A stretch of DNA of 58,469 bases, filler included, from Squatina squatina (GCA_031763465.1; 3 parts of 3 records of this genome joined end to end with filler, not necessarily neighbours in it), one strand, 5' to 3'. Positions 10,700-22,007 are shown, counted from the first letter of the whole stretch. Program-made: numbers and translations. The notes: a model not told the origin generated them from the sequence alone.

Positions 10700-11240
10700 T
10701 CCATCCATCATCCTTGACCCTTGCACCAGGGAGCTCATTTGCGGCCACAGAAACGCCTATCTATTCCCCTTATAATAGAATCCCCTATCACTATAGCTCT
10801 CCTGTTCTTGTTCCTTCCCTCCTGTGCAGCAGNNNNNNNNNNGTGCCATGAACTTGGCTGCTGCTGCGTTCCCCTGATAAGCCATCTCCCCCAACAATAT
10901 CCCAAGCATATATCTGTTTGAGAGCAGGATGACCACAGGGGACTACTGCACTACCTGCCTTCTTCTGCTGTACCTAGCGGCCACCTGCCTGTGCAGTCTT
11001 TACCTGCGGTGTGACCAACTCACTAAACGTGCTATCCACAAAGTCCTCAGCATCACGGATGCTCAATTGTATATCCATTCGCAGCTCTAGCGCCGCAATG
11101 CAGTCTGCCAGTTGCTGCAGCTGGATACACTTCTTGCACACATTGTTGTCAGGGACACTGGAAGTGTCCCTGATTTCCCACATAGCGCAGGAGGAACATT
11201 CCACGGGGCTGAGCTGTGCTGCCATGAGTTACCCTTTAAT
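10700..11240 (-). mobile_element. CR1 ORF1 remnant (Zn finger / leucine zipper leading into esterase)
   Basis: MAAQLSPVECSSCAMWE...VCKKCIQLQQL...IAALELRMD is the CR1 ORF1 N-terminus. A downstream RGIDRRFCG fragment matches the esterase domain. Confidence 0.8.
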
Positions 11241-11715
11241 TAACTTAAATTGAATTAAATCAAATCAAAGCCCACTAATTATACTACTATTAAATGATAT
11301 TAATTACTCAAGGGCCCTTGTTTACTAGACTCATCACTTACATCAGTGAGGGGAAGGTCGACAGAGTTTTCTGCTTCATTCGCCTGGCCGAAGCAGAATT
11401 CCGGAATATCTATCACCACCAAAACCGAGGTAACAAAGAGAAGGGAAAGAGACACAACAGCTTCCATCTTTGATGGCCATCAACATGTCCTGATACCCCA
11501 CCATTCATCTCATGCACCAGGAACCACTGGAGCATGAGACTGGGATCAGCCCTGTGGATTGAGCAGAATTCCCCATATGCACTACTGGCTTCTATTTTCA
11601 ATTTTACAAACATANNNNNNNNNNNNNNNNNNNNNNNNNNNNNNNNNNNNNNNNNNNNNNNNNNNNNNNNNNNNNNNNNNNNNNNNNNNNNNNNNNNNNN
11701 NNNNNNNNNNNNNNC

Positions 11716-11815
11716 AGGGTACTGAATTTGGATGATCAGCTATGATCATATTGAATGGCGGAGCAGGCTCAAAGGGCCGAATGGCCTACTCATGCTCTTA
11801 TTTTCTATGTTTCTA
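11716..11815 (+). mobile_element. CR1 3' tail
   Basis: gatcagctatgatcatattgaatggcggagcaggctcaaagggccgaatggcctactc followed by a ttctatgt-type tail. The same tail occurs at 3587-3630, 17027-17085 and, reversed, at 18334-18434. Confidence 0.8.
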
Positions 11816-11942
11816 TATAATGCGGGGGCTATCAATATAAAACTGTTACTAAGGGACTGAGGGAAGGGGTTAGGAGAAATTTCTACCCAGAGGGTTTCTG
11901 TAGCTTAGAATGTTTTGCCAGTGTTTAAAAAAAAAATCATCA

Positions 11943-12311
11943 TCAATAATATCTTCTTGGTCTCCAGGGACCCTGGTATAGGGGTAACTCTGCTGCCACG
12001 CTGCTCCAGTACTCCACAGACTTGAGCTGCGAGTTGCTCTTGTAGTGTGGGTTCTCGGACAGCATGTCCTCAATGAAAATGTCCTCTGGCACGGGCAGGA
12101 ACACGCAGGAGTTGGGGCCGATCTTGCTGAATTTGGAGGCGTTTGGCCGCCGGTGCCGGAAGCCCAGGCTGTCCCCATCCTCGTCACTTGCCGAGCTGGT
12201 GTTCCACTTCTGCTTGGGGGTCCGGCGGTGGTACTTCCTCCTGGCGGCCACCACCTTCTTCCGGCTCTTGACCTTCTCGGCCCTCTTCAGCGACGGCTTG
12301 GAAAGGTGTGT
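11943..12311 (-). CDS. Putative terminal coding exon of an unidentified gene (122 aa, basic then acidic)
   Basis: Acceptor ctcttttgtcatttgccag| followed by an open frame with strong GC3 bias: THLSKPSLKRAEKVKSRKK...ENPHYKSNSQLKSVEYWSSV...RRYY*. The protein is not recognised. Confidence 0.55.
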   Translation of the reverse strand, partial: THLSKPSLKRAEKVKSRKKVVAARRKYHRRTPKQKWNTSSASDEDGDSLGFRHRRPNASKFSKIGPNSCVFLPVPEDIFIEDMLSENPHYKSNSQLKSVEYWSSVAAELPLYQGPWRPRRYY

Positions 12312-12370
12312 CTGGCAAATGACAAAAGAGTCAGTATGTCAGATCTTCCGATAGACCTTGTCCCCAAACT

Positions 12371-12588
12371 TACAGCACTGTACAAGGTGTGTAGATACAC
12401 CGTACCCTGGGTACAGCACTGTACAAGGTGTGTAGATACACCATACCCTGGGTACAACACTGTACAAGGTGTGTAGATACACCATACCCTGGGTACAACA
12501 CTGTACAAGGTGTGTAGATACACTGTACCCTGGGTACCGCACTGTACCAGGGGTGTCGATACACTGTACCCTGGGTACAACACTGTAC
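12371..12588. repeat. 41-bp minisatellite (TACAGCACTGTACAAGGTGTGTAGATACACCGTACCCTGGG), about 5.3 copies to the gap
   Basis: Units start at 12371, 12412, 12453 and onward. The array runs into the gap. Confidence 0.95.
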
Positions 12589-13028
12589 NNNNNNNNNNNN
12601 NNNNNNNNNNNNNNNNNNNNNNNNNNNNNNNNNNNNNNNNNNNNNNNNNNNNNNNNNNNNNNNNNNNNNNNNNNNNNNNNNNNNNNNNGTCTCTCCCCCG
12701 TGTTTCCCCTGCCTTCCACTTTTGCTTTCTACTGTTCTTACTTTCATTTCTGTCCTTGTTTCCCTTTCCTTTGCCTCCCTGCTTAGGTTCCCACCCCCCT
12801 GCCATTCTAGTTTAATTTCTCCCCGACAGCATGCCACAGTTGTGAAAAGGCTGTGGGGGAAAGGGGTGTTAGTCCTTCAGTTACACGGGCTAAAAAAGCT
12901 AACGGGGCAAGTTTTCTAATGACCGGTAGCTGAAGTTACAATCTTCTCATACAAGTATGGAAACTTTGAAGATAAGTCCCACAGAGGACAAGTACATGTC
13001 GTACCACTTATAACTGTTGGCACCTTAC

Positions 13029-13137
13029 TTGGACTTCTTGATAGGCAACAACATCTGGGAAATTTAACGATGATGAGGTTCGAAAACTGCGCCGTGAGTT
13101 CCAGCATCACCAGGACAAGGTTGAGGAATATCACATC
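13029..13137 (-). CDS. Candidate exon of an unidentified gene (hydrophobic stretch followed by CCC)
   Basis: Acceptor ctgacggtctctctcag| and donor A|gtaagg. Only one frame is open: DVIFLNLVLVMLELTAQFSNLIIVKFPRCCCLSRSP. Read-through would stop at 12916. Confidence 0.4.
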
Positions 13138-13670
13138 CTGAGAGAGACCGTCAGCAGGAATGAAGGTATTACAGTTAAAACCACTGTCTGAAGTAATTCA
13201 GACAGACTTTTATAGAACAATAATTGTGTTCTCATCAATTAAAAAAAAATGATTTCAAAGTTACTGTGGGCTTGTAGTCACGGTCCTGAGCAAGTTGTGC
13301 ATGATAATTGGATATTCTTTGCAGATTGATGGAGATTTGCATATTCACTTGAGGGGCAAAAGCATCTGTCCTTAAAATTTGGATCAAGAATTTCAAACTT
13401 ACCACTCGGTCCATGCGATCACCAAGTCTGGTTTCGATCGTCTGAGGGGGTTGGAGAGGAATTTTCCAGAGTATTTTTTCCCTTATTGGCCCAGGGTTTC
13501 TGCTGCTCCAAGGATTTTATGTGACTGCGGGGGAGGAAGTAGGAAGTGTCTAGTCATGATGCTCTGACCATCATGGTGTGGGGAAGGCTAGATTGAACAG
13601 CTGATCTTTTCCTGCCTGTCAATTGTNNNNNNNNNNNNNNNNNNNNNNNNNNNNNNNNNNNNNNNNNNNN

Positions 13671-13682
13671 TTAATTAATTAA
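13671..13682. other. Artificial scaffold linker TTAATTAATTAA inside a 100-base gap
   Basis: Exactly 44 N on each side. The 12-mer places stop codons in all six frames. Confidence 0.95.
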
Positions 13683-14305
13683 NNNNNNNNNNNNNNNNNN
13701 NNNNNNNNNNNNNNNNNNNNNNNNNNAGCACAGGCTTCCTCGTCCTAATTTCTAATTGCGTATATCTATTGATGCTATTGTGATAAGGAAACCAGTTTGC
13801 TAACACAGAAGAGTGCTGCTGACCAACCGAGACCAGGTCACCCGCCAGCAGTGATGTTCACGTAGTGGAAAAGCCAGCTATGCTTTGTGAGTTTGAGGGA
13901 TTGAAGTGGATTACTGAAATTAACAGGATTGACTTGAAATTATTACAGGCATTTTAACAAGATCCATGTGTTTCTCTTTAAACTACCACCATTTCAATTC
14001 ATTAGATCAATGGATTTTGCCAAGACTCCCACTAATGTCCATTATTGTTAGATTATGGGCTGTTTGTCCAGTATACTGGCACCCATTGGAATCAGGCTTG
14101 AGGCCTTCCATACTCATTTTAGTTAAGATCTTTCAAAGGGTAAATCGCAGAGGAGACTTTCATTGCATGCATTTGGGCTGGGCATGAGCCCAGGTGCCAA
14201 GTGGATAAATGACCATGACTTAGTCCACAGTCACCTACTAAATCATACAAAGAAATCCTAATTTTATTTTTTTTTACCTTTTTCATGTCTGTTTTTAATT
14301 TGCAG

Positions 14306-14493
14306 TTGTTAAGTAAACAGCGTTCTATTGGAGTGAATCACTTGAGCAGTAGTGGCGAGACGCCACTTCACATCGCTTGTCGACTGGGGAAAACTGATGT
14401 AGCCAAATCCCTACTCCATTGCCAAGCCAGTTGTAATATTGTTGGATCGCAGGGTTATCCAATCCATACATCCATGAAGTTCATCCAGGCTGG
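14306..14493 (+). CDS. PLA2G6: Calcium-independent phospholipase A2 beta, ankyrin-repeat exon
   Basis: Acceptor ttgcag| and donor GG|gtaag; 188 nt. Encodes LLSKQRSIGVNHLSSSGETPLHIACRLGK...ASCNIVGSQGYPIHTSMKF, matching iPLA2b (TPLHLACQLGK...ARCNIMGPNGYPIHSAMKF). Confidence 0.9.
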
Positions 14494-15113
14494 GTAAGGG
14501 CAAGAAATGTTTTAACCCCCTGCTCCTTAATCTTTTTCCTCTTTCAGGTGCTGTCCCGCCTTCTCATTTCTTCCTGCTCCCTTTCCTCTGCTGGAGATGG
14601 CAGTTCGTGCTTGGCCGNNNNNNNNNNNNNNNNNNNNNNNNNNNNNNNNNNNNNNNNNNNNNNNNNNNNNNNNNNNNNNNNNNNNNNNNNNNNNNNNNNN
14701 NNNNNNNNNNNNNNNNNGAATTTGCATGATCAGATTCTCATGCCAGAGTGAGAAATTACCAAAATACGACAGAAATCTACTGGGCATTAAACAAAGAAGT
14801 CATACTTGACAAACCTGCCTCACCCCCATGAAACTCTTCCTCCTCTCTCTATTGCCCCCAACCCCCGATAAAAGGAGATAAAGAGGAGGAACAGGTTTCA
14901 TAAATTCTCGTCCTCGAGAAAGAGACAAAAATGGTCATCTCAAATATTGCAGTTCAGTTTGAAAGTTTATAATTTTAGTGGTTTTGTGCATTAATAGTAA
15001 ATAGCCATTAACAGTTAAGCCTGCATGTGATAAATGTGTTTATTTCTGGTTCTGAATTAAGATCGTGCCTTGCCTGTTAATGTCCCGGTACTAACTGTTT
15101 GATGCCCTCAAAG

Positions 15114-15251
15114 GCAATAACCGGAAGGTGATGCTGAACCTACTGTATAGTATAGGGGCTGAACGCTGTTATCCGCCTTCTCCTGACTCCCCCACACCGT
15201 CACCCAGCCACACTGCAAGACCACCCCCTGTGAAAACCAACCACGGATTAG
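15114..15251 (+). CDS. PLA2G6: PLA2G6 proline-rich insert exon (homologue of the mammalian alternatively spliced exon)
   Basis: TACTAAC branch point at 15089-15095, acceptor aag| and donor G|gtaacc; 138 nt, phase 1 to 1. Encodes NNRKVMLNLLYSIGAERCYPPSPDSP...; compare human RKAILTLLRTVGAEYCFPP. Confidence 0.8.
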
Positions 15252-16269
15252 GTAACCTCAGCCATTGGCTCCCTTTTGCTACATCCTCGCTTCTCTAACC
15301 TGGATTTCTGTCCTGCTTTCTGGGTGGGTGGGGGTGGGGGTTAGGGCGGGGGTTGGGGGTGTTGTTGGGGTGGTGGGGTGCCAGGAAGAATCTTGCTTCT
15401 TCTAAAATAAATATTTATCAAAAGAATTACAGACTCAGCTGCTCTGCAAAATGTGTTTTTCCTTTGTCTTCATGTTTCCTTATTCCTAATCTTGCTTTTT
15501 GCTTATTATAGAGTTACTCTGAAGTTTTGATGTGTAAAATTGCTTACATATGGATCGTAAACCTCACATTAAAATCTGTAGGGAGGCGACTGCGAGAGGG
15601 AGATGAGGTCATTTTGTTCTTAAATTGAAGAGAGCTGATAATTTTTGTTTATTAGCCCGTGAACTCACAAATACAACAGCATTCACAGACACTTTCTCAA
15701 AATCCTGGATGTGAATGCAGTTTATATGTGTTTTCCTGCCTGATTAGCTACTGTAGGCACATTCCGTTTTAACCTTCTCACCTGAAGGTGTTGGCTCGTG
15801 CTGGGATATGGCTGCATATGTGCTGACTGCCCCCAGTATCTTGCCCAGTTGGCCTTTCGTCTTGTACGAGCCTAAGCATCGAGTGTCGAGCAGCTATTTG
15901 ATTTACTAAGCCTGATTCTCCGCGCACCAGTTTGCTGGATAGCAATCAGGAGCGGGCTAGCTAATTATTGTTCCCCGCATCCCTCCCTTCCCTAATCTCG
16001 GGGTGAAGAAACCAACTATACCACACTTAGTGCCTCTCCCCTGTGAATCAGTTAATTCAGTGCAGACTGGGGAATGAAGCCAGGACCTTATTGAAGTCTA
16101 TGGCTTGGTCCCACCTACAACTGTATCTTAGACTACCTCCTGTGAGGTTTTCAATGTTCAGTTGAGTGTTGACAGTAGGTACTCGTGGCCCTAATGCATC
16201 TTTTATTTTACATTACCTGTTGGGCACCATTGGATATCCAGTAAGTGGACCTTTTTTAAAAAAAAAAAA

Positions 16270-16650
16270 TTCATTCTCGGGATATGGACGGGCTGGCAAA
16301 GGCTGCCTTTTATTTCCCATCCCTGGTTGAGAAGCTGGTGGTGGGCCGCCTTCTTGAACTGCTGGTAGTGGTTTGATTCAAATGAGTGGCTTGCTGGGCC
16401 ACTTCAGAGGGCAATTAAGGAGTCAACCACCTTGTTCGGACTGGAGTCACATATAGGCCAGACCTACGGCAGGTTTCTCGAGGACATTAGTGAACCAGTC
16501 AATCCGATAGCTCCATGGTGACTGATGCCTCCAGATTTTTGAACTGAATTGGAATTCTGAAACTGCCATGGTGGGATTTGACTTGTGTTCCATGGATTAT
16601 TGTCCAAGCCTCTCGATCACTAATCCAGTAACAAAACCACTATACTACCT
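16270..16650. repeat. Degenerate interspersed repeat (LINE/SINE-derived, family not assigned)
   Basis: Contains gggccacttcagagggcaattaag..gtcaaccac..ggactggagtcacatataggccagacc, which I recognise as a common shark repeat. Non-coding. Confidence 0.5.
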
Positions 16651-16777
16651 TACCCCTAATCAAATAACAAAGGCTGCTGGAAAACGAGAAATCCGTGTGG
16701 GAGTTCACCCTGTAAATAGAAGGGTGGAGTCGCTTACAGTAACTTTAAAAAAAAAACAAAGTGCCTTCTGTTTTCAG

Positions 16778-16868
16778 GATTTGATGATATCATAGCGATT
16801 GCCACTGTGGTCGGGTCCTTGTCAAAAGGGCTGGATGCTACAGACTCTGATGGATATATGCACCGGAG
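16778..16868 (+). CDS. PLA2G6: PLA2G6 linker exon preceding the patatin domain
   Basis: Acceptor ctgttttcag| and donor AG|gtgaga; 91 nt, phase 1 to 2, compatible with the previous exon on the same contig. Encodes (G)FDDIIAIATVVGSLSKGLDATDSDGYMHR. Confidence 0.65.
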
Positions 16869-17387
16869 GTGAGAAAGCAAATTGAACAGAGTTTCTTAAA
16901 TGGAATCAAACTACATTTTTGCAGGGNNNNNNNNNNNNNNNNNNNNNNNNNNNNNNNNNNNNNNNNNNNNNNNNNNNNNNNNNNNNNNNNNNNNNNNNNN
17001 NNNNNNNNNNNNNNNNNNNNNNNNNNAGTTGAATGGCGGTGCAGGCTCGAAGGGCTGAATGGCCTACACCTGCACCTATTTTCTATCTCCAGTATTTCTG
17101 TATTAATGCCTTAAGTTTGAGAGCAATAGATGAGCCAAACGTACAATGCAACTTCCCCCTTTTTGGAAGCCAGCAGGTCCCGATATTGTAGAGCAGAAAC
17201 TCACTGTTCGCCACACCTGTTTAGCACGAGGCAGGACCAACTAACACTCAATACTGCACAGAACGCACATGTTTCTCAGTCCTCGGGCACAACACTTCGC
17301 GGAACCGTTAGAGATGGGTCGGCGCCCGAGAGTATTGAGTAAATCAGCTCTTATTTATGCAACAGGGCTGCTTGGTGTCGCTTTCAG

Positions 17388-17529
17388 GCTTTCCAATGGA
17401 CCTAATCCAAGAGTTCCTGATACCTCCCTGGGTGATTCCTCTGGTCAGTTCTGAGTCCTGGCTATTTCTGTGCGACATCACGTCAAACCCCTGGTTATGG
17501 AGAGTGCTGATGCTGTTACTACTTGTAGC
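17388..17529 (+). CDS. Candidate exon of an unidentified membrane or secreted protein
   Basis: Acceptor gctttcag| and donor |gtaagt. One open frame: FPMDLIQEFLIPPWVIPLVSSESWLFLCDITSNPWLWRVLMLLLLV. Confidence 0.35.
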
Positions 17530-18157
17530 GTAAGTATTGGCCCATGGCTCCTTGCATTTTTCTCGCTCTCTTTCTCTGCCTCCTAACTTTTAGATTTCTT
17601 TTTCTTTCATCTGTTCGCTTCCACTTTCCCACATTCTACTTTTGTNNNNNNNNNNNNNNNNNNNNNNNNNNNNNNNNNNNNNNNNNNNNNNNNNNNNNNN
17701 NNNNNNNNNNNNNNNNNNNNNNNNNNNNNNNNNNNNNNNNNNNNNCACTACACCCTTGGAGAGGTGAAGCACCTAGCTTACTGCTTCCAGTCTCTTAACA
17801 CTAGACAGGGCAAGCAAAGTTTGCGATCCATTAGTTGTGCTGCTGGATTTTTTAGCTTATGATTAAATTACTCGCCCTCAGCATTTAGGAGCAAGTGAGG
17901 CCCAGACTGAATCTCTCGCACATGTCTGGTAATGGTTAAACCAGATGTACCGTGAGAATTGGGAACAGGTGTTTAATGTCAGTGTCCCTCCAGATATGCA
18001 AACAGTATCTCATTTGTTCCTTTCNNNNNNNNNNCCTTTCTTCATCTGCAAATTTAGGCCTAAGCTATCTTTAGATCAAGGGTTTTTCTTTCCTGTTCAA
18101 TCTTGAATGGTGCTTTTAATTATTTAATTACCCAGCGCTTTAGCTCTGTTTGTTTAG

Positions 18158-18333
18158 TGTCAGTCGATGGATCAGTGGGCAGCACACTTGCCTTCTGGGT
18201 CAAAAGGTCGTGGGTTCGAGTCTCCCTCTCCAGAGATTTGAGCGCATAAATTCTAGGCCGACGCTCCAGGGGAGTGCTGTGCTGTCGGAGGTGGTGTCTC
18301 TTGGATGAGATGTTAAAACTGAGGCCCCGTCTG
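18158..18333 (+). mobile_element. SacSINE1-like SINE 5' half, followed directly by an inverted CR1 tail (18334-18434)
   Basis: Head ggttcgagtc and Deu core ggatgagatgttaaaactgaggccccgtctg, then aacataagaa...ggccattcggcccctcgagcctgc. Confidence 0.75.
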
Positions 18334-18825
18334 AACATAAGAAATGGGAGCAGGAGTCGGCCATTCGGCCCCTCGAGCCTGCTCCGCCATTCAACGAGAT
18401 CATGGCTGATCCGATTCTACCTCAACTCCACTTTNNNNNNNNNNNNNNNNNNNNNNNNNNNNNNNNNNNNNNNNNNNNNNNNNNNNNNNNNNNNNNNNNN
18501 NNNNNNNNNNNNNNNNNNNNNNNNNNNNNNNNNNGCAAAGTCGATTTCTGCAGCGGGATGGAAGCAACAACGGGGTCGTGACCTGCCAGGCAGACTGCCC
18601 GCACTCGACCTGACCAGGTAATGAAAATTCCGGCCACACTTTCCAAGACTGCTATGCTTCACCTCAATCAGTACTTTTTAAAATTATGTTTCTACCTCAT
18701 TTTTCTTTAACTACGTAAGTGCCCCATATAACCACATATAGAAGAGCTCCATATATCTTTTGATTGTCCTGTACTAAACTAAGATGTCAAGTGAATGAAT
18801 ACTGATTTTTCATCAGCAACTCTCT

Positions 18826-19285
18826 CAACAACAAGATCAACTTGCATTTATATAGCGCCTTTATAACATAATTAAACATCCCAAGGCGCTGCACAGGAGC
18901 GTAATCAAATAAAATTTGACACCAAACCACAAAAGGAGATATTAAGGCAGGTGACCAAAAGCTTGATCAAAGAGGTAGGTTTTAAGGAGAATATAAACAA
19001 AAAATGCCAGCAGGTCAGGCAACATCTGTGGAGAGAGAAAGAGGTTTTAATGAGCGTCTTAAAGGAGGAGAGAAAGGTAGAGAGGCAGAAAGGTTTAGCG
19101 AGGGAATTCCAGAACTTAGGCTCCAGGCAGCTGAAGGCACGGTTGCCAATGGCGGAGTGGTTAAAATTGGGAACGCTCAAGAGGCCAGAATTGGAGGAGG
19201 GCAGAGATCTTGGAGGGTGCTAGGGCTGGAGGAGATTACAAAGGTAGGGAGGGGTGAGGCCATGGAGGGATTTGAAAACAAGGAA
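18826..19285 (-). mobile_element. L2 LINE 3' end with a short Penelope-type insert (~18990-19040)
   Basis: L2 tail caacttgcatttatatagcgcc and coding remnant IGNRAFSCLEPKFWNSL. The insert cagcaggtcaggcaacatctgtggagagagaaa matches 26876-26971. Confidence 0.8.
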
Positions 19286-20428
19286 GTGCACAGGAGGAGA
19301 TGTTGCCAGAATCACACTGCTTATGAAGGTGCTGCACTAGAAATCTTGGGACTGGGACAATACGAGGGAAACAGGGAAGGCAAAACCCAGAGGCCTGTTC
19401 CCAGATGAGGAAGTGTGTACAACTTTTCCATTTTAACAGTCACAACAGTTCTGATTATTAATTCGGTGAAGAAAAACAAATGACGGCGACCCAGCATGTA
19501 GCTGTTATGATGTGGTTCAGAGGACCTGCTAGCAAAGCGTGAAATCAAAGCAAAAGAGTTAATTGAGTGCAGGTAACTCCGACTAATTTCACATAATGAG
19601 AAGCAAAAGAATTGGCCTTGAGCTTGGAAAACATGACATCCAGCTTCATGACTTTGCTTTAGATCTTGAGGTACTCCTTCGTTTGGTTTAAATCCTTATG
19701 TCCGAAAACATTGGCTCAGTTTTTTTTATTGCACAAATAGCAACCAGGTTCACCACCACAGGGATTGGCAGATCCAGTCCTGACCGACGGTATAAGAGTC
19801 TCTGGTCTCCCAATTCGCGATTTTTGCGTTTCTAGCACTAAGCGCGTTTTAGTGCTGANNNNNNNNNNNNNNNNNNNNNNNNNNNNNNNNNNNNNNNNNN
19901 NNNNNNNNNNNNNNNNNNNNNNNNNNNNNNNNNNNNNNNNNNNNNNNNNNNNNNNNNNCCTGTTTTTCTCCTGAAGACCAGGACCTCGAACAGCCTTGAC
20001 CAGCAGGTCCATGTCGGTGGAACTGTACCCCAGAGAGTCAGTGCTGGGGTGTAAGTTAGTGGCTGGGGGTCGCTGCTGCTCGCGGCCCTGCTGCCCAGGT
20101 CCTTGATGCCCAATTTTCCGGTGGTGCGGCACAAGACCTTGCGGGAACCTTGGCAATCAAGCCCTGGTTGACTTTTGCCCCTCCCTAGCCTCAGGGCCAC
20201 TGAGGGCTTTTGCAGCATCTCCCCTACCCCCAACCCCATCACCACCCTTCGACACAGACCAGAGTTCAAAAAAAGGAACCTCTCCTGATCTGTATGGTTC
20301 AATTCCATATTGGGCAGTGCAATTCCCATTGAGGCAACTGACCTAGAAGGTTTAATAAATTCAGGTCTATTCAGCTATAGAGAAAAAAAAGATGGACAGT
20401 CACAGCCTTAGGAACTTTCCGCAATGGT

Positions 20429-21242
20429 TTACAAGTCACTCATCTCCAATGTCCCATTTTTACTTGGTAAGACTTCATTGGGAACCTTCTGCTCAGAGCT
20501 TCTGCCCAGCAGGCTGTCTTGTACCTGCGCCTTTTGGGTGATATTGTTAACGTGGCACATCTCCACATAGGTGTTGCCCGTGCCCCTGCTGCCCAGGCTC
20601 TTGTTGTCCACTTTCCTGGTGGCGCGGCACAGGGTCTTGCGGAAGCCTTGCTTGAAGTTGTCCGAGAGGAAGCCGTAGATGATGGGGTTGGCGCAGCTGT
20701 TGGTGTATGACAGGACCACCACAAAGAAGTAGACCCTCATCAGGGCGGGCTCCATGGACACGGAGGACACCAGGTTGACTATGTTCATCACGTAGAATGG
20801 CAGCCAGCAGAAGACGAACACGGCCACCACGGTGACCACCATCCAGGTCAACCGGCGCTCCGATTTCTTCCGCTTGGTGGATGTGGCCCTCACCTTCCTG
20901 CCAGAGGACTTCACTTTGATCACAATGAGAAGGTAGCAGAGGCAAATCACCAGCAGCGGAGCAAAGAAGCCCAGGGTGGCTGTATAAATGATGAAGGCCG
21001 TAGACCAGACGATAACGGGCTCCGGCCAGTTGATGTTGCAGGTGTGCATGCCGATCTTCACGTCTGAGAAGATGACAACTGGAAGGGCCACCACGAAGGA
21101 AATGGCCCAGACCATTGTATTGATGATCTTAACCACGCGGGGCTTGCGCCACTTAATGGACTTCACTGGGCGGACCACCGCAAAGTACCTGTCGATGCTC
21201 ATTGCAGTGAGGCAGAAGATGCTGGTGAACTGGTTGATGCTG
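20429..21242 (-). CDS. SSTR3: Somatostatin receptor 3, TM3 to C-terminus (5' part lost in gap)
   Basis: [22 protein letters not shown]...[47 protein letters not shown]. Neighbouring CDC42EP1, GGA1 and PLA2G6 fit the SSTR3 locus. Confidence 0.88.
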
Positions 21243-21342
21243 NNNNNNNNNNNNNNNNNNNNNNNNNNNNNNNNNNNNNNNNNNNNNNNNNNNNNNNNNN
21301 NNNNNNNNNNNNNNNNNNNNNNNNNNNNNNNNNNNNNNNNNN

Positions 21343-21545
21343 TCTGAGGGGTCAAGGACAGAATCAATCGCAGCTTTCAAAAGGGAGTTATATAAGTACC
21401 TGAAGGAAAAAAAAATTGCAGGGTTACGGGGAAAGGGCGGGGGGAGTGGGACGTGCTGACGTGCTCTTGCAGAGAGCCGGTACGGGCTGGACGGGCCGAA
21501 GGGCCTCCTTCTGTGCTGTAACCACTCTATTCTATTCTATTTTTA
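21343..21545 (+). mobile_element. CR1 3' end
   Basis: gcagctttcaaaagggagtta...gcagggttacggggaaagggcgggg...gggccgaagggcctccttctgtgctgtaacc followed by an (attct)n tail. Confidence 0.75.
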
Positions 21546-22007
21546 ATGAAAGCTGTAAAGTCTTTCTTTTCAGCTCAAACTGGGTTTCCATTCACTCATC
21601 GATGACGCCTGCAGCCAAAATAAACTTGCCTGTCGCACTTTGAAGGGTTGAAAGTAATTGTTTTCACCTCCGGGTCCTCGGTTCAACCTCTGCCCAGAGT
21701 GCACTTGACTTATATTTTAGGAAATCTGGTTGGTGTTTGCACAACAGAAAGGCCTCTGGCTAGTCGGAGGAATATGGTAATTTCCAGCGTAAGGTTAGAA
21801 ATATGTTCCACATGGTTCAGTATTTTGTCAGGAAGTGGGTTCCCAGGAATGTCACTGCACTGACCACAGACTGAAAGACTCTTTGTAAGACCTCAGATCC
21901 CAAAGTCAACAAGAAAACAACTGAGACAAAATGTCCGGCAGACTCCTTCAAAACAAAAAAAAATTGAAAAAGTGCCTCCTGCAAAAAAAAATGGGCAGCA
22001 AAATAGG

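Noticed and set aside
12371-12588. CRISPR-like regular repeats
   Set aside because: These are head-to-tail tandem units without unique spacers, in eukaryotic intronic context with no cas genes.
14548-14617. Next PLA2G6 exon after the ctctttcag acceptor-like site
   Set aside because: The in-phase translation (CCPAFS) does not resemble the expected CAE.I... sequence, and the segment looks repeat-derived.
21243-21367. SSTR3 N-terminus as predicted by the ORF track
   Set aside because: The ORF runs through an N gap into a CR1 fragment. The true 5' CDS is missing.
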